A DNA stretch of 64,000 bases, taken from NCBI GenBank assembly GCA_002269645.1, contig NIVC01003956.1, positions 3,573-67,572 of the forward strand. Reading direction: 5' to 3'. Under the pieces are notes generated by a model, which was not told the origin of the DNA, ran no database searches, and saw only the letters and a program-made list of their open reading frames with translations. The DNA is from Macrostomum lignano (Eukaryota). The first letter of the stretch is position 1. Each line of letters begins with the position of its first letter. Below, one piece after another: positions 1 to 11,169 of this stretch. A program made the position numbers and the translations under genes.

Positions 1-596
1 TCCCATGGCTTTGCCTGCGGCAGAGTTGAGCTATGCAAACACATAGGCGCCCTTCTGATCCGGGCCCACGGAATTTCCGTGGCTTTCCCTGCGGCAGAGT
101 TGTGTTCTCCTCTACTACTAATAGTTAGCTGTATTTCTGTTTTCTTATTTTGATCCCGACAGCAAAGCAAATAATGCACTGTTTCATTTGAAATCCATGA
201 ATATTACTAAAGTCGCCGGCAGACTTTCCAGTTTTTGGGGATTTCGACTGGAGTATAATTAGCTAACCAAGCAGATGCATTCCGGAGTACCTGCACAGCA
301 AAAGCTAGCCAATTATTCGCTATTCAAATCGAACAGCAAACAACATTGCGCAACAAGAAATGATAATGATCGCTTCGATCAATAAGAAACTTACCTCTGT
401 CACGTGCGGGCCTGTAAGAGTCACGGCAGTCCACCTGTCCTTGCAGGGCACGTTGGAGAGCTTTGACACCGATGGCATTGAGTGCTGCTCACAGCTGGCT
501 TATATAAGCAGGAGTGCAGGCACTAGCTGTTCCATCGAACTGACCATCTCAGCTGCAATATTGAGTACACCATCTTGCACTGTAAGACCGGAGAGC

Positions 597-1373
597 ATGA
601 AACTGCTACTGCCTACTCTGCTGCTGCCCGCACTGCTGCTCATGAGCTGCAACAGCGTCACAGGTGAGAGCTTGTCTGCTGAGGTCAATTTCCTCATTCG
701 CAGCTGTTGGGATGTCCAAAGTCAACCGCACACGTGCATTTCCCATTGCAGCCAATCGGTGGGCAGCCACCTTAACACCGGAAGCGAAAACTGACTGGGG
801 AGACTGGGGCAACTGGGAAAGCTGTCCTGACGGATCGTTAGTTAGCAGGTGAGGCTTGCAAGTCAGCTGCATCACACGTAGAGTTGTCACAGCCGCATGT
901 CCCATCAAGGACGACAGTCAGCGATCCGTCACAAATGCATCAATCCTTTCAGGTTCCAGCTGAAGGTGGAGGACAAGCAGGGCAACGGTGACGACACGGC
1001 CCTGAACTCTGTGAAGATGTTCTGCTCACATGACGGTAGCTGGGGAAGCCACTCGCTGGAAAGTGCAGCTGGCAGCTGGGGCAACTGGCGCGAATCCTTG
1101 CACTGCAGCAAGTTTTACTCAGGTATCCAGTTCCGCTCGGAGTCGTCTCAGGGCGGTGGTGACGACACGGCTGGCAACAATGTCCGTCTGCTGTGCGACG
1201 GCAACTGGCAGGATGGTGGCGGCCTGGACTGGGGCAGCTGGACCGACGCCCAGTACTGCCCTCACAACAGCTTCATCTGCGCCCTGCGCACCAAGGTCGA
1301 GGGCTCGCAAGGCGGCAGGCGTGACGACACGGCCCTCAATGCGATCGAGGTCCAGTGCTGCTACATCAACTGA
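597..1373 (+). CDS. VMO1: Vitelline membrane outer layer protein 1 family (beta-prism), secreted, 210 aa; exons 597-663, 704-848, 953-1373
   Basis: Signal peptide MKLLLPTLLLPALLLMSC. GT-AG introns 664-703 and 849-952 give one continuous frame (67+145+421 nt). Three DDTA repeats (GDDTALNSVKMFC, GDDTAGNNVRLLC, RDDTALNAIEVQC) and WGxWG motifs. Confidence 0.93.
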
Positions 1374-2557
1374 CCTGACTGTGTGCTGTAGCAATTTGTT
1401 TTACTTGTGCCAGTCAATACAATCGTTCTTCCTGGACTGTGGTCTCATTATTTATGGAATGTGTTTCCTACACTCAGCGGACTGTGTTTGTATTTATCAA
1501 TGCTCTGCAGCTTTTACGGAGTTTAGATGTGGGGAGAGAACATAGAGGCTCCACGCGAGGTATTTTCAGGAAGTAGATCGGTCAGCATGAGAGAGGAATT
1601 CTAACGGTTGCAGCAAAGACAGCCCAACCCCTCGAGTGTGTTTTTTAGAATCAGTTATAACGTACTTCTCAAATATTCAGCTTACTCTTAATCACCTGGA
1701 CCAAATTATGCGAAAAAGACTTCGTGTGCAATACTTTACTGATCCTTAGAGTAGATTAGAAGTACATTAGACTTACATTAGCTTTTGTAACGCATTGACG
1801 TCTTAAAGTCGTGCGTGCAGGGCTCCGGGGAGGATGGCAACACGCACGAGCACCTGGCCAAGATAGTGAAGTCCAGGGCTTGGAATAACTGTGCCTTCGG
1901 GGCCTTCGGGTGACCAATAAACTGGCAGGTGAATTTGTGATTTCCAAACCAGATACTGGGTTCGAAATGCCAATTAAAAACTGCAAATACCTCATTATAA
2001 TCGAAAATGGGGCGCACACGAAATCTTAGTTTGTCCTAACTGACAGTTTTGTTCCATGAATTTTTGCACCGTGCTTTGGGATTGGCCAAACGCAGTTTCA
2101 TGACAAGCAAAATCCAAGCAGCAATTTTGTAATGGCAAATATTGGGATTGAATTGGGATTTTCAACTTTTCAATTTTTCGGTGCTCACTTGTTTTGGCGT
2201 TAAGAAAAGCCAGTATTATGAAGCCCTCCGAAACATTTAAGCAACAAATTATGCAAGAATTGTAAATAATTCAGAAATAGTCTTTGACTTTCACTAAGAA
2301 GTACTTCTGCCAGTAATTGATGAGATACAATAACTTGTTCCCAAGCGATAGCGATTGGATCGAAAAACTGTCAAAATAATTAATACTTTTGCCACAAAAA
2401 ACTGCGTACTAGCTAGAAATGACTTTGAAAGCGTTCGTTAAGAAAAATATATCAGTTTACAAGGGAAATAAACTAACATGCACTTCCGCCAGAGTCACCT
2501 GTCAGATTAAAAATTTTCAAACAGGACGTCAAAAGTAAAAATACAAGTGAAAGCTGT

Positions 2558-4540
2558 TGTGACGAATTTAATCTGGCAGTCCTTGGCAGAACAAGACCGA
2601 ACAAGACCGAAGAAAAATGCAAGCATAGCGCAGTCCAATATTCAATTGAATTGATATATTTTGCTTGCTTAGTTGGCCAAGTTTTTTATTTGTTTTTTGA
2701 GTAGCGACGAAAAACGAACAGTTAATATAAAACGATAGATGATACAGCGAATTGTAATTGGCTGAGAGTTACGATGGGCGCTGGGCAAATTATTGATTTG
2801 TTAAAAATTCATCACTTGCTGACATATAAAAGCCGATTCAATGAATGTACTCGTACACAGAATTCATACAAAATATGATACACTTACGTAGTAGTCTACT
2901 GATAGTAAAAACGATAGTAAAACAATGAAGTTTTCCACAAGTCCCCCGTCACACTCGCCTTCCTCTAAAAGAAAAGATATTTGCACTCTAATACATGTAG
3001 TCAATATTAATTTGAATAACATAAGTGAAAATGCAGACAATGATTACGAAATGAGCTGAGGAACATTTTTAGTAAGCACACAAGAGAGCGCGACAGCACG
3101 CGAGAAGAAAAGTAGAGACGACTAGTGCACGAATAGCATCACGCTGCAGAATGCAGAGCAGACAACGCGCCGAATGCGCCAGCCAACAGACGGCTCACCG
3201 CTGGGCCGGTCCCGATGGACCGCACGGGCGCGACCCCAGTGGGTCGCAGATGCCTCCCAGCCAACGCACGCAGAGGTGCAGAGAAGGACAGGCACAAAGA
3301 AGGTCGCAACGAACTCTGAACGACGCCAAGGGCGCCCGGCTGACGAGGACCGCGCAGCAAAAAATGGTACGGCTCACGGGCCCGTTGCTGGGGAAAAGGA
3401 AACTAGATCGACAGGAGACAGAAGCAAAAGATGGAACAGAAAAAACATTTTAATAGCACAAGATGACAGGGACATGTATATGAAAGGCGAAAATGATGAA
3501 ACTCACTGAATTATAACAATACATGCGTACATGTATTTTGATATTGGATTAAAAACATTAGTTTCACAGTGCAAGCAATAATTATTTGAAGCATTTACAT
3601 TTTTACATGCAAAATATCAACCTTGGTTTAGAGCAGCTGTTGCAGATTTTCAGTTGACGGGACGGTAAGCTGGTCTGAATGGGGTAGCCGGTACAGTTGA
3701 ATGGACTGAAACGGCCCTTTTAGGTCGCAGTTGGTCGGAGCTGGCCACGTCGTGTGGGTACCGACGAAACGACGTACGAATATGTAGAATGTTGAATGTT
3801 GAATGATCGCCTAAGCCGCCGAATAGAGATGATATGGTGAGTTTCGCAGGCAGGCGAGGTGTAACGTCATGTAAAACTGCCCTTTTGAGGCCACAGCCAC
3901 TTGCTGCGGTGATGCAGAATACGAGTCGAGCGATACGATGGCGGACTGAATTTATGGCATTACTTAGATTCTCAAGATGCACAAATGATCCATAGGGGAA
4001 TGACGACTGGGAGGAACGCGCTGAATTGGGTATTGTCGCTGCGCTCAGCCTCAATCTCTCCTTCCTCCTCCGATCGGAAAGTTGTGTAGCAGTAGCACGT
4101 CTCGACCCAGGGTTCGAATCTCGAGGTGGGACCCTCCATTAAAATGTGACGAATTTAATCTGGCAGTCCTTGGCAGAACAAGACCGAACAAGACCGAAGA
4201 AAAATGCAAGCATAGCGCAGTCCAATATTCAATTGAATTGATATATTTTGCTTGCTTAGTTGGCCAAGTTTTTTATTTGTTTTTTGAGTAGCGACGAAAA
4301 ACGAACAGTTAATATAAAACGATAGATGATACAGCGAATTGTAATTGGCTGAGAGTTACGATGGGCGCTGGGCAAATTATTGATTTGTTAAAAATTCATC
4401 ACTTGCTGACATATAAAAGCCGATTCAATGAATGTACTCGTACACAGAATTCATACAAAATATGATACACTTACGTAGTAGTCTACTGATAGTAAAAACG
4501 ATAGTAAAACAATGAAGTTTTCCACAAGTCCCCCGTCACA
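2558..4540 (-). mobile_element. Non-autonomous small LTR retroelement (TRIM-like), 1983 bp
   Basis: Two 396-bp LTRs (2558-2953, 4145-4540) with no difference seen, TGTGACG...CGTCACA ends, 4-bp TSD CTGT, minus-strand PBS TGGAGGGTCCCACC after the 5' LTR, and PPT AGAGGAAGGCGAG before the 3' LTR. No gag/pol motifs inside. Confidence 0.92.
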
Positions 4541-4796
4541 CTGTGCTGTCATATTCTGAGATTGATGAACAAGCCGGCCATGAAGCCTTAATGAGGCGAG
4601 CGGACAATGCTGCAACTAAAACCAAGGTATCGTGAGCCAACTGCAGTATCATAAAGTGCTTAAGCCAAAAAATAGTACAAAGTAGAAAAATGTTAACTAG
4701 CAAAGCAGGTTGAAGTAAAAAATAGCTGTAGCAGAGGAAAATCAGTTTTACAAAACAATGTAAAACTGAAATGAATCAATGTTTGATGTGTATAGT

Positions 4797-5103
4797 CCCG
4801 CATAGCAAAATTACGTATCCAATAGAAAGTGGGACGTCTCCGATACGCAACTTTTTTGGTTGCAGGAACGTCCTTGATACGTATCCAATTTTTATGATCC
4901 TCTAAAGAAGCTCGTTTCTACAAAAATAGTGGAATAAATCATCAATAAAATTACAAGCATTATCTGTTCACCATTTTTGTAGAAACGAGCTTCTTTAGAG
5001 GATCATAAAAATTGGATACGTATCAAGGACGTTCCTGCAACCAAAAAAGTTGCGTATCGGAGACGTCCCACTTTCTATTGGATACGTAATTTTGCTATGC
5101 GGG
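4797..5103. mobile_element. MITE/foldback with 131-bp perfect TIRs, CMC/EnSpm-like ends
   Basis: 4797-4927 is the exact reverse complement of 4973-5103, around a 45-bp spacer. Ends CCC...GGG; 3-bp TSD AGT. Confidence 0.88.
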
Positions 5104-5168
5104 AGTTAATAAGCGGAATTGTGCGGTGAAATAGAAAATAATAGAATAGAAATAAGGCGAAAGCTCAA

Positions 5169-5530
5169 GGGGGCCGTAGCCCAGCGGTCTAGCACAGGCT
5201 CTGGTGTGCCAGCGACCCAGGCTCGATTCCAAGTGCAGTCACATTAATTTGGGGCTGAATTGGAATCTCGGCTTGGCTCTGCTCGTGCAATTAACGGCCT
5301 TGAGAGCCAACCCCCCCCCCCCAAGGCGCAGTGAAGTGTACATGCCTAACGATAATATAAAGTTAGGGCCGCTGTACACTCCTGTGTGAGTGTGTGCCTG
5401 CGTACGTATCCGCGCGCTTGTATGCCTGCTCAGGGGAGTCGGCGGAATGGGCAGTAATTCCTCTCGCCGGTTGTGTGCCTGTCGCTTAAAGTGCGCCAGG
5501 GTGCCCACAACCCCCCTGCCTTTAATAAAA
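5169..5530 (+). mobile_element. tRNA-derived SINE
   Basis: Head GGGGGCCGTAGCCCAGCGG (A box) and GGCTCGATTCC (B box); tail TTTAATAAAA; 15-bp TSD AAGGCGAAAGCTCAA at 5154-5168 and 5531-5545. Confidence 0.88.
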
Positions 5531-6904
5531 AAGGCGAAAGCTCAAAACACAACTGCGAGTGTAATTTTTTGTGTCCATTTACACGAGTAGTTGTACCGTT
5601 ATAATAGTTGGAAGATTCGCGCAAGAAGTGAGTGGGTTCGTTGATAAAAGAAGCCTAAAAAGACGGGTTAGACTAGAAGAGAAGTAAAACACACTAAGTT
5701 ATAAAGAAGCAATTAAAAACTTTCTTGCATCCATGAACAAAAAACACGCAACTATGCGCGACAGTCTACTTTATCAGTAGGAAGAATGCGCGAAGCCGAG
5801 GAAAATAGTGCATATGTAAAGTATGCCATTTCGAGGCGAGTTTTATAGAACCGCATATGATCCGATGTAGATAAGTAATAAAAACGCGACAATTAAGCGA
5901 GATCTACGGGAGTTGTAAAATGTGTTTAGCATCTCCCTGCGACAATGTAAGGACTGCAGCAACTGCCATCGTAAAATATGTATAAACGACTGTCCCTAAA
6001 GCCTGATAATAATACCGCGAACGAAAAAAATTCATGGTAGCTTTTGGAACGAAGCTTTGCAACGACGATGGTGAATTATCGTTATCCCCGGCCGTCGCTA
6101 AGCGGAGCCGTAACCGGAACTCGATCCTTGCGAAGACACGGCGGATAGCTTTCGGCGTCTAGCGGTTCACAGAGTCTACATTCAAATCCGGATAGCGAAG
6201 CATTAATTTGGCCAGCCACTCGGCCAGATCTGTCTGAGTCTGCTCGTGGTATTTCACTAAGTCGTGGCAGAGCAGGCGCTGATATTTTGGTCGAAGATTG
6301 ACGTCCTGATCATTAAACTGAAGAATTACAAAATCAGCGTTGGGATATACGAATATGAATACAAAAGTTTTGTATTCATATCGGCCAATACAGCATTGCC
6401 GATAAAATGTTAAAGCACGATCGAGATACTAATAAAAATGCGGTTAATTTACTTTTCTTCATTGATGTAATTAGGCGAGTTTTCTAAATACAAAATCGAA
6501 CTCAATTTTTCTAGCGTACATTTTATGGCATTTACACGCATAAAAAGATAAGGCGGCTGGACAGAAACAAGTCGATGTTACGTTTGTCTGTACATATTGG
6601 CTGAACTAAGAAATAAAATTAACGAAATAATTTATCGCCTGGGTTTATTCCTGGCATCACCTTGGAAATTTTCCAAGGAAATATTTTCAACAAAAAATAG
6701 GCCTATGAAAATATCAAATTTTTTTAAAACCTTAGGTGATAGTTTAAAAACTAGAACTTAGTCAGAAAAGAACTTCGTTTGATACTTGAGGAGGCCTTAA
6801 AAAACTATTGCCATGACACTCTAACTTCAAATTTAAATTAATCCAGTAAACACTTTACTTTAAGTAAAGAGAAAACCTATGTCTATCGAGTCTCTCCACG
6901 CTTT

Positions 6905-7585
6905 TGTTGTGCTGTGCACTTTTACAGTGCTAGTGCACCTAGCCTAGCTGAGCCGGCGGCGGGCTTGGTGCTGCCGTCCCGGGGGGGGGTTGGCTGGGGG
7001 TTGGTGGGGTGGTGGGTTAGAGAGCGCGTGGCCCTCCCCCCTCCGCGGGTGTGTGCTATTTAGCATCGCTCGCGGCAGGTTGGAGCGGTGCGCGGCTCGG
7101 CTATCCCCCTCTCTTAGAACTCTGCATTCCGTCAGCGCTATACAGCCACCAAAATTACGATCGTACGACCTGAAAAGAAATATATCGGAAAGGCCACCTA
7201 CCTGCACCGGCCCTGAGCGACCGCCGCTAGCTGAGTAAGTGCACATTCTGCCTTCCTTCTTTCGGTTGCCTAGGGGACACAGAGAGTCCGTGTGTCCTGA
7301 TGCCAACTCAGCTCGATTAGAGGGAGACGTCAGAAGGGTACCTACCGTACGTACCTACGCCTTTACGCCAGCCAGTGCGTCCCGACGCCTCGCTGAAGGC
7401 GGCCCGCACCACTGCGTCCCGACGCGTGGTAAGGCTGCGTGGGTGCGTCCTGACGCCCCGCAGACTGTCAAGGAAAGTGCTCGCCCTAGCGCCCGCGCGC
7501 AGGCTAAGCAAGGATCCGCTTGTACCCGATACTGTACCCTGTAGGACCACCCTACTGCCGGGCCGGGGGCTGCAGGGATACAACA
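6905..7585 (+). mobile_element. Solo LTR (681 bp), Ty3/Gypsy-type
   Basis: TGTTGT...GGGATACAACA termini, shared with the LTRs of the 54-63 kb element; 4-bp TSD CTTT at 6901-6904 and 7586-7589. Confidence 0.85.
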
Positions 7586-7745
7586 CTTTCCTTCATCAAA
7601 CTGCTCCAAACCTAAATGCTGACGGCACGCTGTACCTGCCACTGCCAGTAACGACAGTCGTGGACTCGTGGTAAGGTTCCCCGCTGTGAAATTAAGCTCA
7701 CACAGCACACAGAAACCTCACTACAGATATCATTTTTAATCAATT

Positions 7746-8877
7746 TGTGGTAGGCCGGTCTTTCACTGTGAGGATAAACGGGAGACGTGACTCTGACGGA
7801 AATGTTTTCCCATCGCTGACGCTTGATGTCATTTTGTTCCCCCGTTTGGCCCATTGCCTGTTTTCTCCCGTTTCCCCTGTTGTCCCTTCCGTTGTCCCAT
7901 CTGTTTGTCTCATTCGGTGCCCCCATCTTTTGTTTTGTTTTGTTGCGTTAACCCAGCCGCCGGTTTTTTCTCTTTTTCTCCGCCGGGTGACCCACCTGCT
8001 GCTGCTCCATCTGGTGCCCCACCCCCTGGGATTAACTGTGCATATTGTATAAATATCTTGCGTGTTTCACCATTTTTCTTCTCATGCATTGGCGTTTGCG
8101 TTTTCGCGTTTTTGTCCAACCCCCCTTTTTTGCTCTTACGAATTGAATCTTTGCTTATAGTTGGACCATTTGATAATTGATAGTCAACTAGTAATCAGTT
8201 GACCTTTAATATTTATTTATATCATACAATTCGCCCCTCGGCACCGCCGGATCCCTATCTCTTGCGCGTGGGTTAACAAAAATAATATAGTTTTATAATA
8301 GTTATCTGCTGGCTTGTGACGGGTTTGTTTGAATAATTTAACATGAATAATATCCAGCTTATAATAATAATAATTAAAATTCACTATATATTTATTCATC
8401 GTTCATTAATCGAAGCCCATATAGAGTTAACAAACTATACAAACTATAGTTTCTATTGAGTCATTTGCCCACGGGGCGTGAAACAACCTATTAGTATAAT
8501 GTCAAAGAAAGCTCTGAGACCTCAACGTTCCGTAAATACGAAATTACCGTGTGGTGGCAGCGCTACTCTACTATATGATAGTAACCAACTAATAAGCACA
8601 TCGACGAATCTTGAAATTTACGGTGTCTGAGGACCCAACTGAACGACCGTGCCTGCTAAAGACCGCTCGACTGCGATTACGACTACGGCCCGCCCCCCGG
8701 ACTTATGAGAGGACGACCCGACAGACGGTGTATATACAAGGAGATAAGTACTGCAACGAAACGGTGCTATTTTTCAGGCTTCACGAGTGACGAAATAACG
8801 AAGGCGGCAATTCAAAGTTCAAACCGCCCCAGCAACTAACAAAATTTTATCTTCTTCGCCTCCTCCTCAAATTTACA
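7746..8877 (+). mobile_element. 3' fragment (3' UTR, PPT-like tract, putative LTR about 8479-8877) of a retroelement family, homologous in inverted orientation to about 40930-41830
   Basis: Shared blocks GTGGTAGGCCGGTCT, TTTCTATTGAGTCATTTGCCC, AAAGAAAGCTCTGAGAC, GGTGGCAGCGCTACT and AAGACCGCTCGACT. GGGGCG is followed by TGAAA, and the segment ends TTTACA. The LTR call is an inference. Confidence 0.6.
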
Positions 8878-11169
8878 TTACTTTTCCAAAAAGTTATTAT
8901 AATAAAGTTTAACAAACTCAGCAAAATTAAATGCACGTTTTTCTGAAAAACTTTATTAATTTACACGTATTGTCATTTTATTGTTTATTGAGTCTTTTTG
9001 TAATTTTATGCAAATTACTATAGTTTGTTTTCGCGTACTATTTTAAGAGTAAAAAAATCTTTATTTTCTGATCCGATTTACTGTCTGGACTGTGACTTCT
9101 CTCTATAAGTAGAAACACAAAACGAACCATTTTTAGTTGTTGCATTAATAAGTTTCTGGTGTTTTTCTTTCTTTGCTGTCTTGATCTTTAAAAAGAAGCC
9201 ATTTAAAAAACACCCTACTTGTCTTGTATATCGACTCTTTTTCAATTATTGGCCTACCCCTGGCCCTAGCCACAGCTAGTCTAAGCCCTAGGCCCCTAAT
9301 CTAGAAGTTGAATGATTCGGTTCGGTCGTGACTAATTTTAGTCAGAAGTTTTGCTGCACTCACTTCAGCTCTGAGCTCTATCTAAACTATTAGACTGCAT
9401 TATTTATAGCTTTGTTAAAACAACTTTTAGGCCTATCTAATTTTAAATATTTGCATTTGATATCTTTTAGGCCTATATTCCCATAAAGTCTCTTTTGCCA
9501 ATTTTGTCCAAATATATAAATAAAAATGGGTTTAAAAGACATAATTACTTTTGCTTTTGCTACAATTTTGTTTTTGATATATAGCACTGCTGCACAGTCT
9601 ATTAATGTAAGTATTTCATATTATTTAATCTTTATAACTATTTGTAAAAGTTTTTTAACAAATAAATTGCTGGCTAGGCCAGGGCATATTCTTCCATTAT
9701 AAAATCATTTATTAAGTTTCTATGCATTTTGGTACCTGTGCTTTTCAGTGCCTAGTAGGCCTATTTAAGTGGGACTTTTTCAAGTTGGACTTTTAAAAAG
9801 TGGGACTTTTTTAATTATATTAATAAAATACTTCTAATTTTCCAATTTTTTTGAAATTTTCATTAGACACTTAGACTTAGTAGATGCCCAAAATGATAAA
9901 AGCAAAAAATCACCCAAAACTGCATTCTGTGGTGATGCAACTGTCACAATTATTGGCGTAGCGGCTAACTATGGCTATGACCCTTAAAAGGGCCGGTTTG
10001 ACGAGAGTTGTAGAGAGTCGTAGTCTCAAAATAAGTTAAAGTCAACTCTTGTAAAGCGGATTTTGTAGCGGAGCACTTGGCGACAAAGGCAGGAACTGCC
10101 GTAGTTGTTTTTATTGGTAGTATCAATATTAGGCTTGGTTATTACTGTCAATACACAAACTATAGCTTTCTGGGCACTGGCGGCTGCAACAATGGTTTTT
10201 GAAGATAAATTGAATGTGAAGTCAAGTGGCAGACGAATGATGCAATGGTGACGTAACATGACGAGCAATGGAAATGAGCACAGTGAAGGCAGTGAGACGC
10301 AGTAGGCAGGCAGATAAGCAGTGGCGAGGTTGGCGTCAGCCGTGGCGTGAGATAAGGAGGCTCGAGGCAGCCAGACAGAGAGAAGGAAAACAAGGCTAGA
10401 CAAGGCTGGCCAAACCAGATGGAAAACACAAGGCAGAAAACACATAGGCAGTGAGGAGAGAGAGGCACGAGATGGGACAAATGAAGCCCCCAGCCTGCCA
10501 GGCGAGGGTTAATAAAGAGTGCAAAAGGGGGTAGCATAAAACACAGAGTTTTCTTGGTGAGAACTTGAAATTATTGATCGTGCCAAAATTTACAGATGGG
10601 CGCAAGGCCTACCAAATACACAGTGAATTAGCAATTGATACAAATTATTTGCACGCTACTATAAGTAAACGTTAAAATAAACTATTGGAGAAATTAAAAT
10701 GAGAAATTGCAAGGGAAACTATAGTCCAACAGCCCTTTTGCGGGACCACTTAAACTAGCAACGTCACACAACCTTAGTTTATTAATTGATTATAGTGTCA
10801 AAAAGAATTTGAAAAAATGTTGCAATAGGCCTAAAATTTGTTTCTTCTAAAACAAAAAAATAAGTTAGCTTGTGTTGTAAATATAAAATTAAGAAATCAC
10901 AAGTAATATTTATCATTTTACAATTATAATGTATAGTGAATGCAAATGACTTTATCAAATTTGATATTGAGTTTTGTTATAATGTTAAATAACTGCTTTG
11001 TCATAGTTTTCTTTTTTTTAAATTTGCCACATCTACAATGCGCAACAATTGTCTCCCGCATGCTGATTTGTTGCTACTTTTGCCATTGTGGTCAACAATA
11101 ATACCTCTTGCCAAATGGTTTAGTGATGAAAGTAATTAATCATATTATAGATGTTTGTAATATTCAAGT

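Noticed and set aside
3139-4054. ORFs inside the TRIM as gag or protease
   Set aside because: No CCHC or DxG motif; only a vague resemblance.
5169-5240. tRNA gene (also 39915-39986 and 4107-4138)
   Set aside because: No complete cloverleaf; explained as SINE heads and a PBS.
8528-8545. CCGTAAATACG resembling the SL 5' hairpin
   Set aside because: Only about 10 nt match and it differs in the second copy; compatible with chance.
8450-8877. Hammerhead or other ribozyme in the conserved blocks
   Set aside because: No CUGANGA...GAAA core with supporting stems found by eye; a covariance-model search would be needed.
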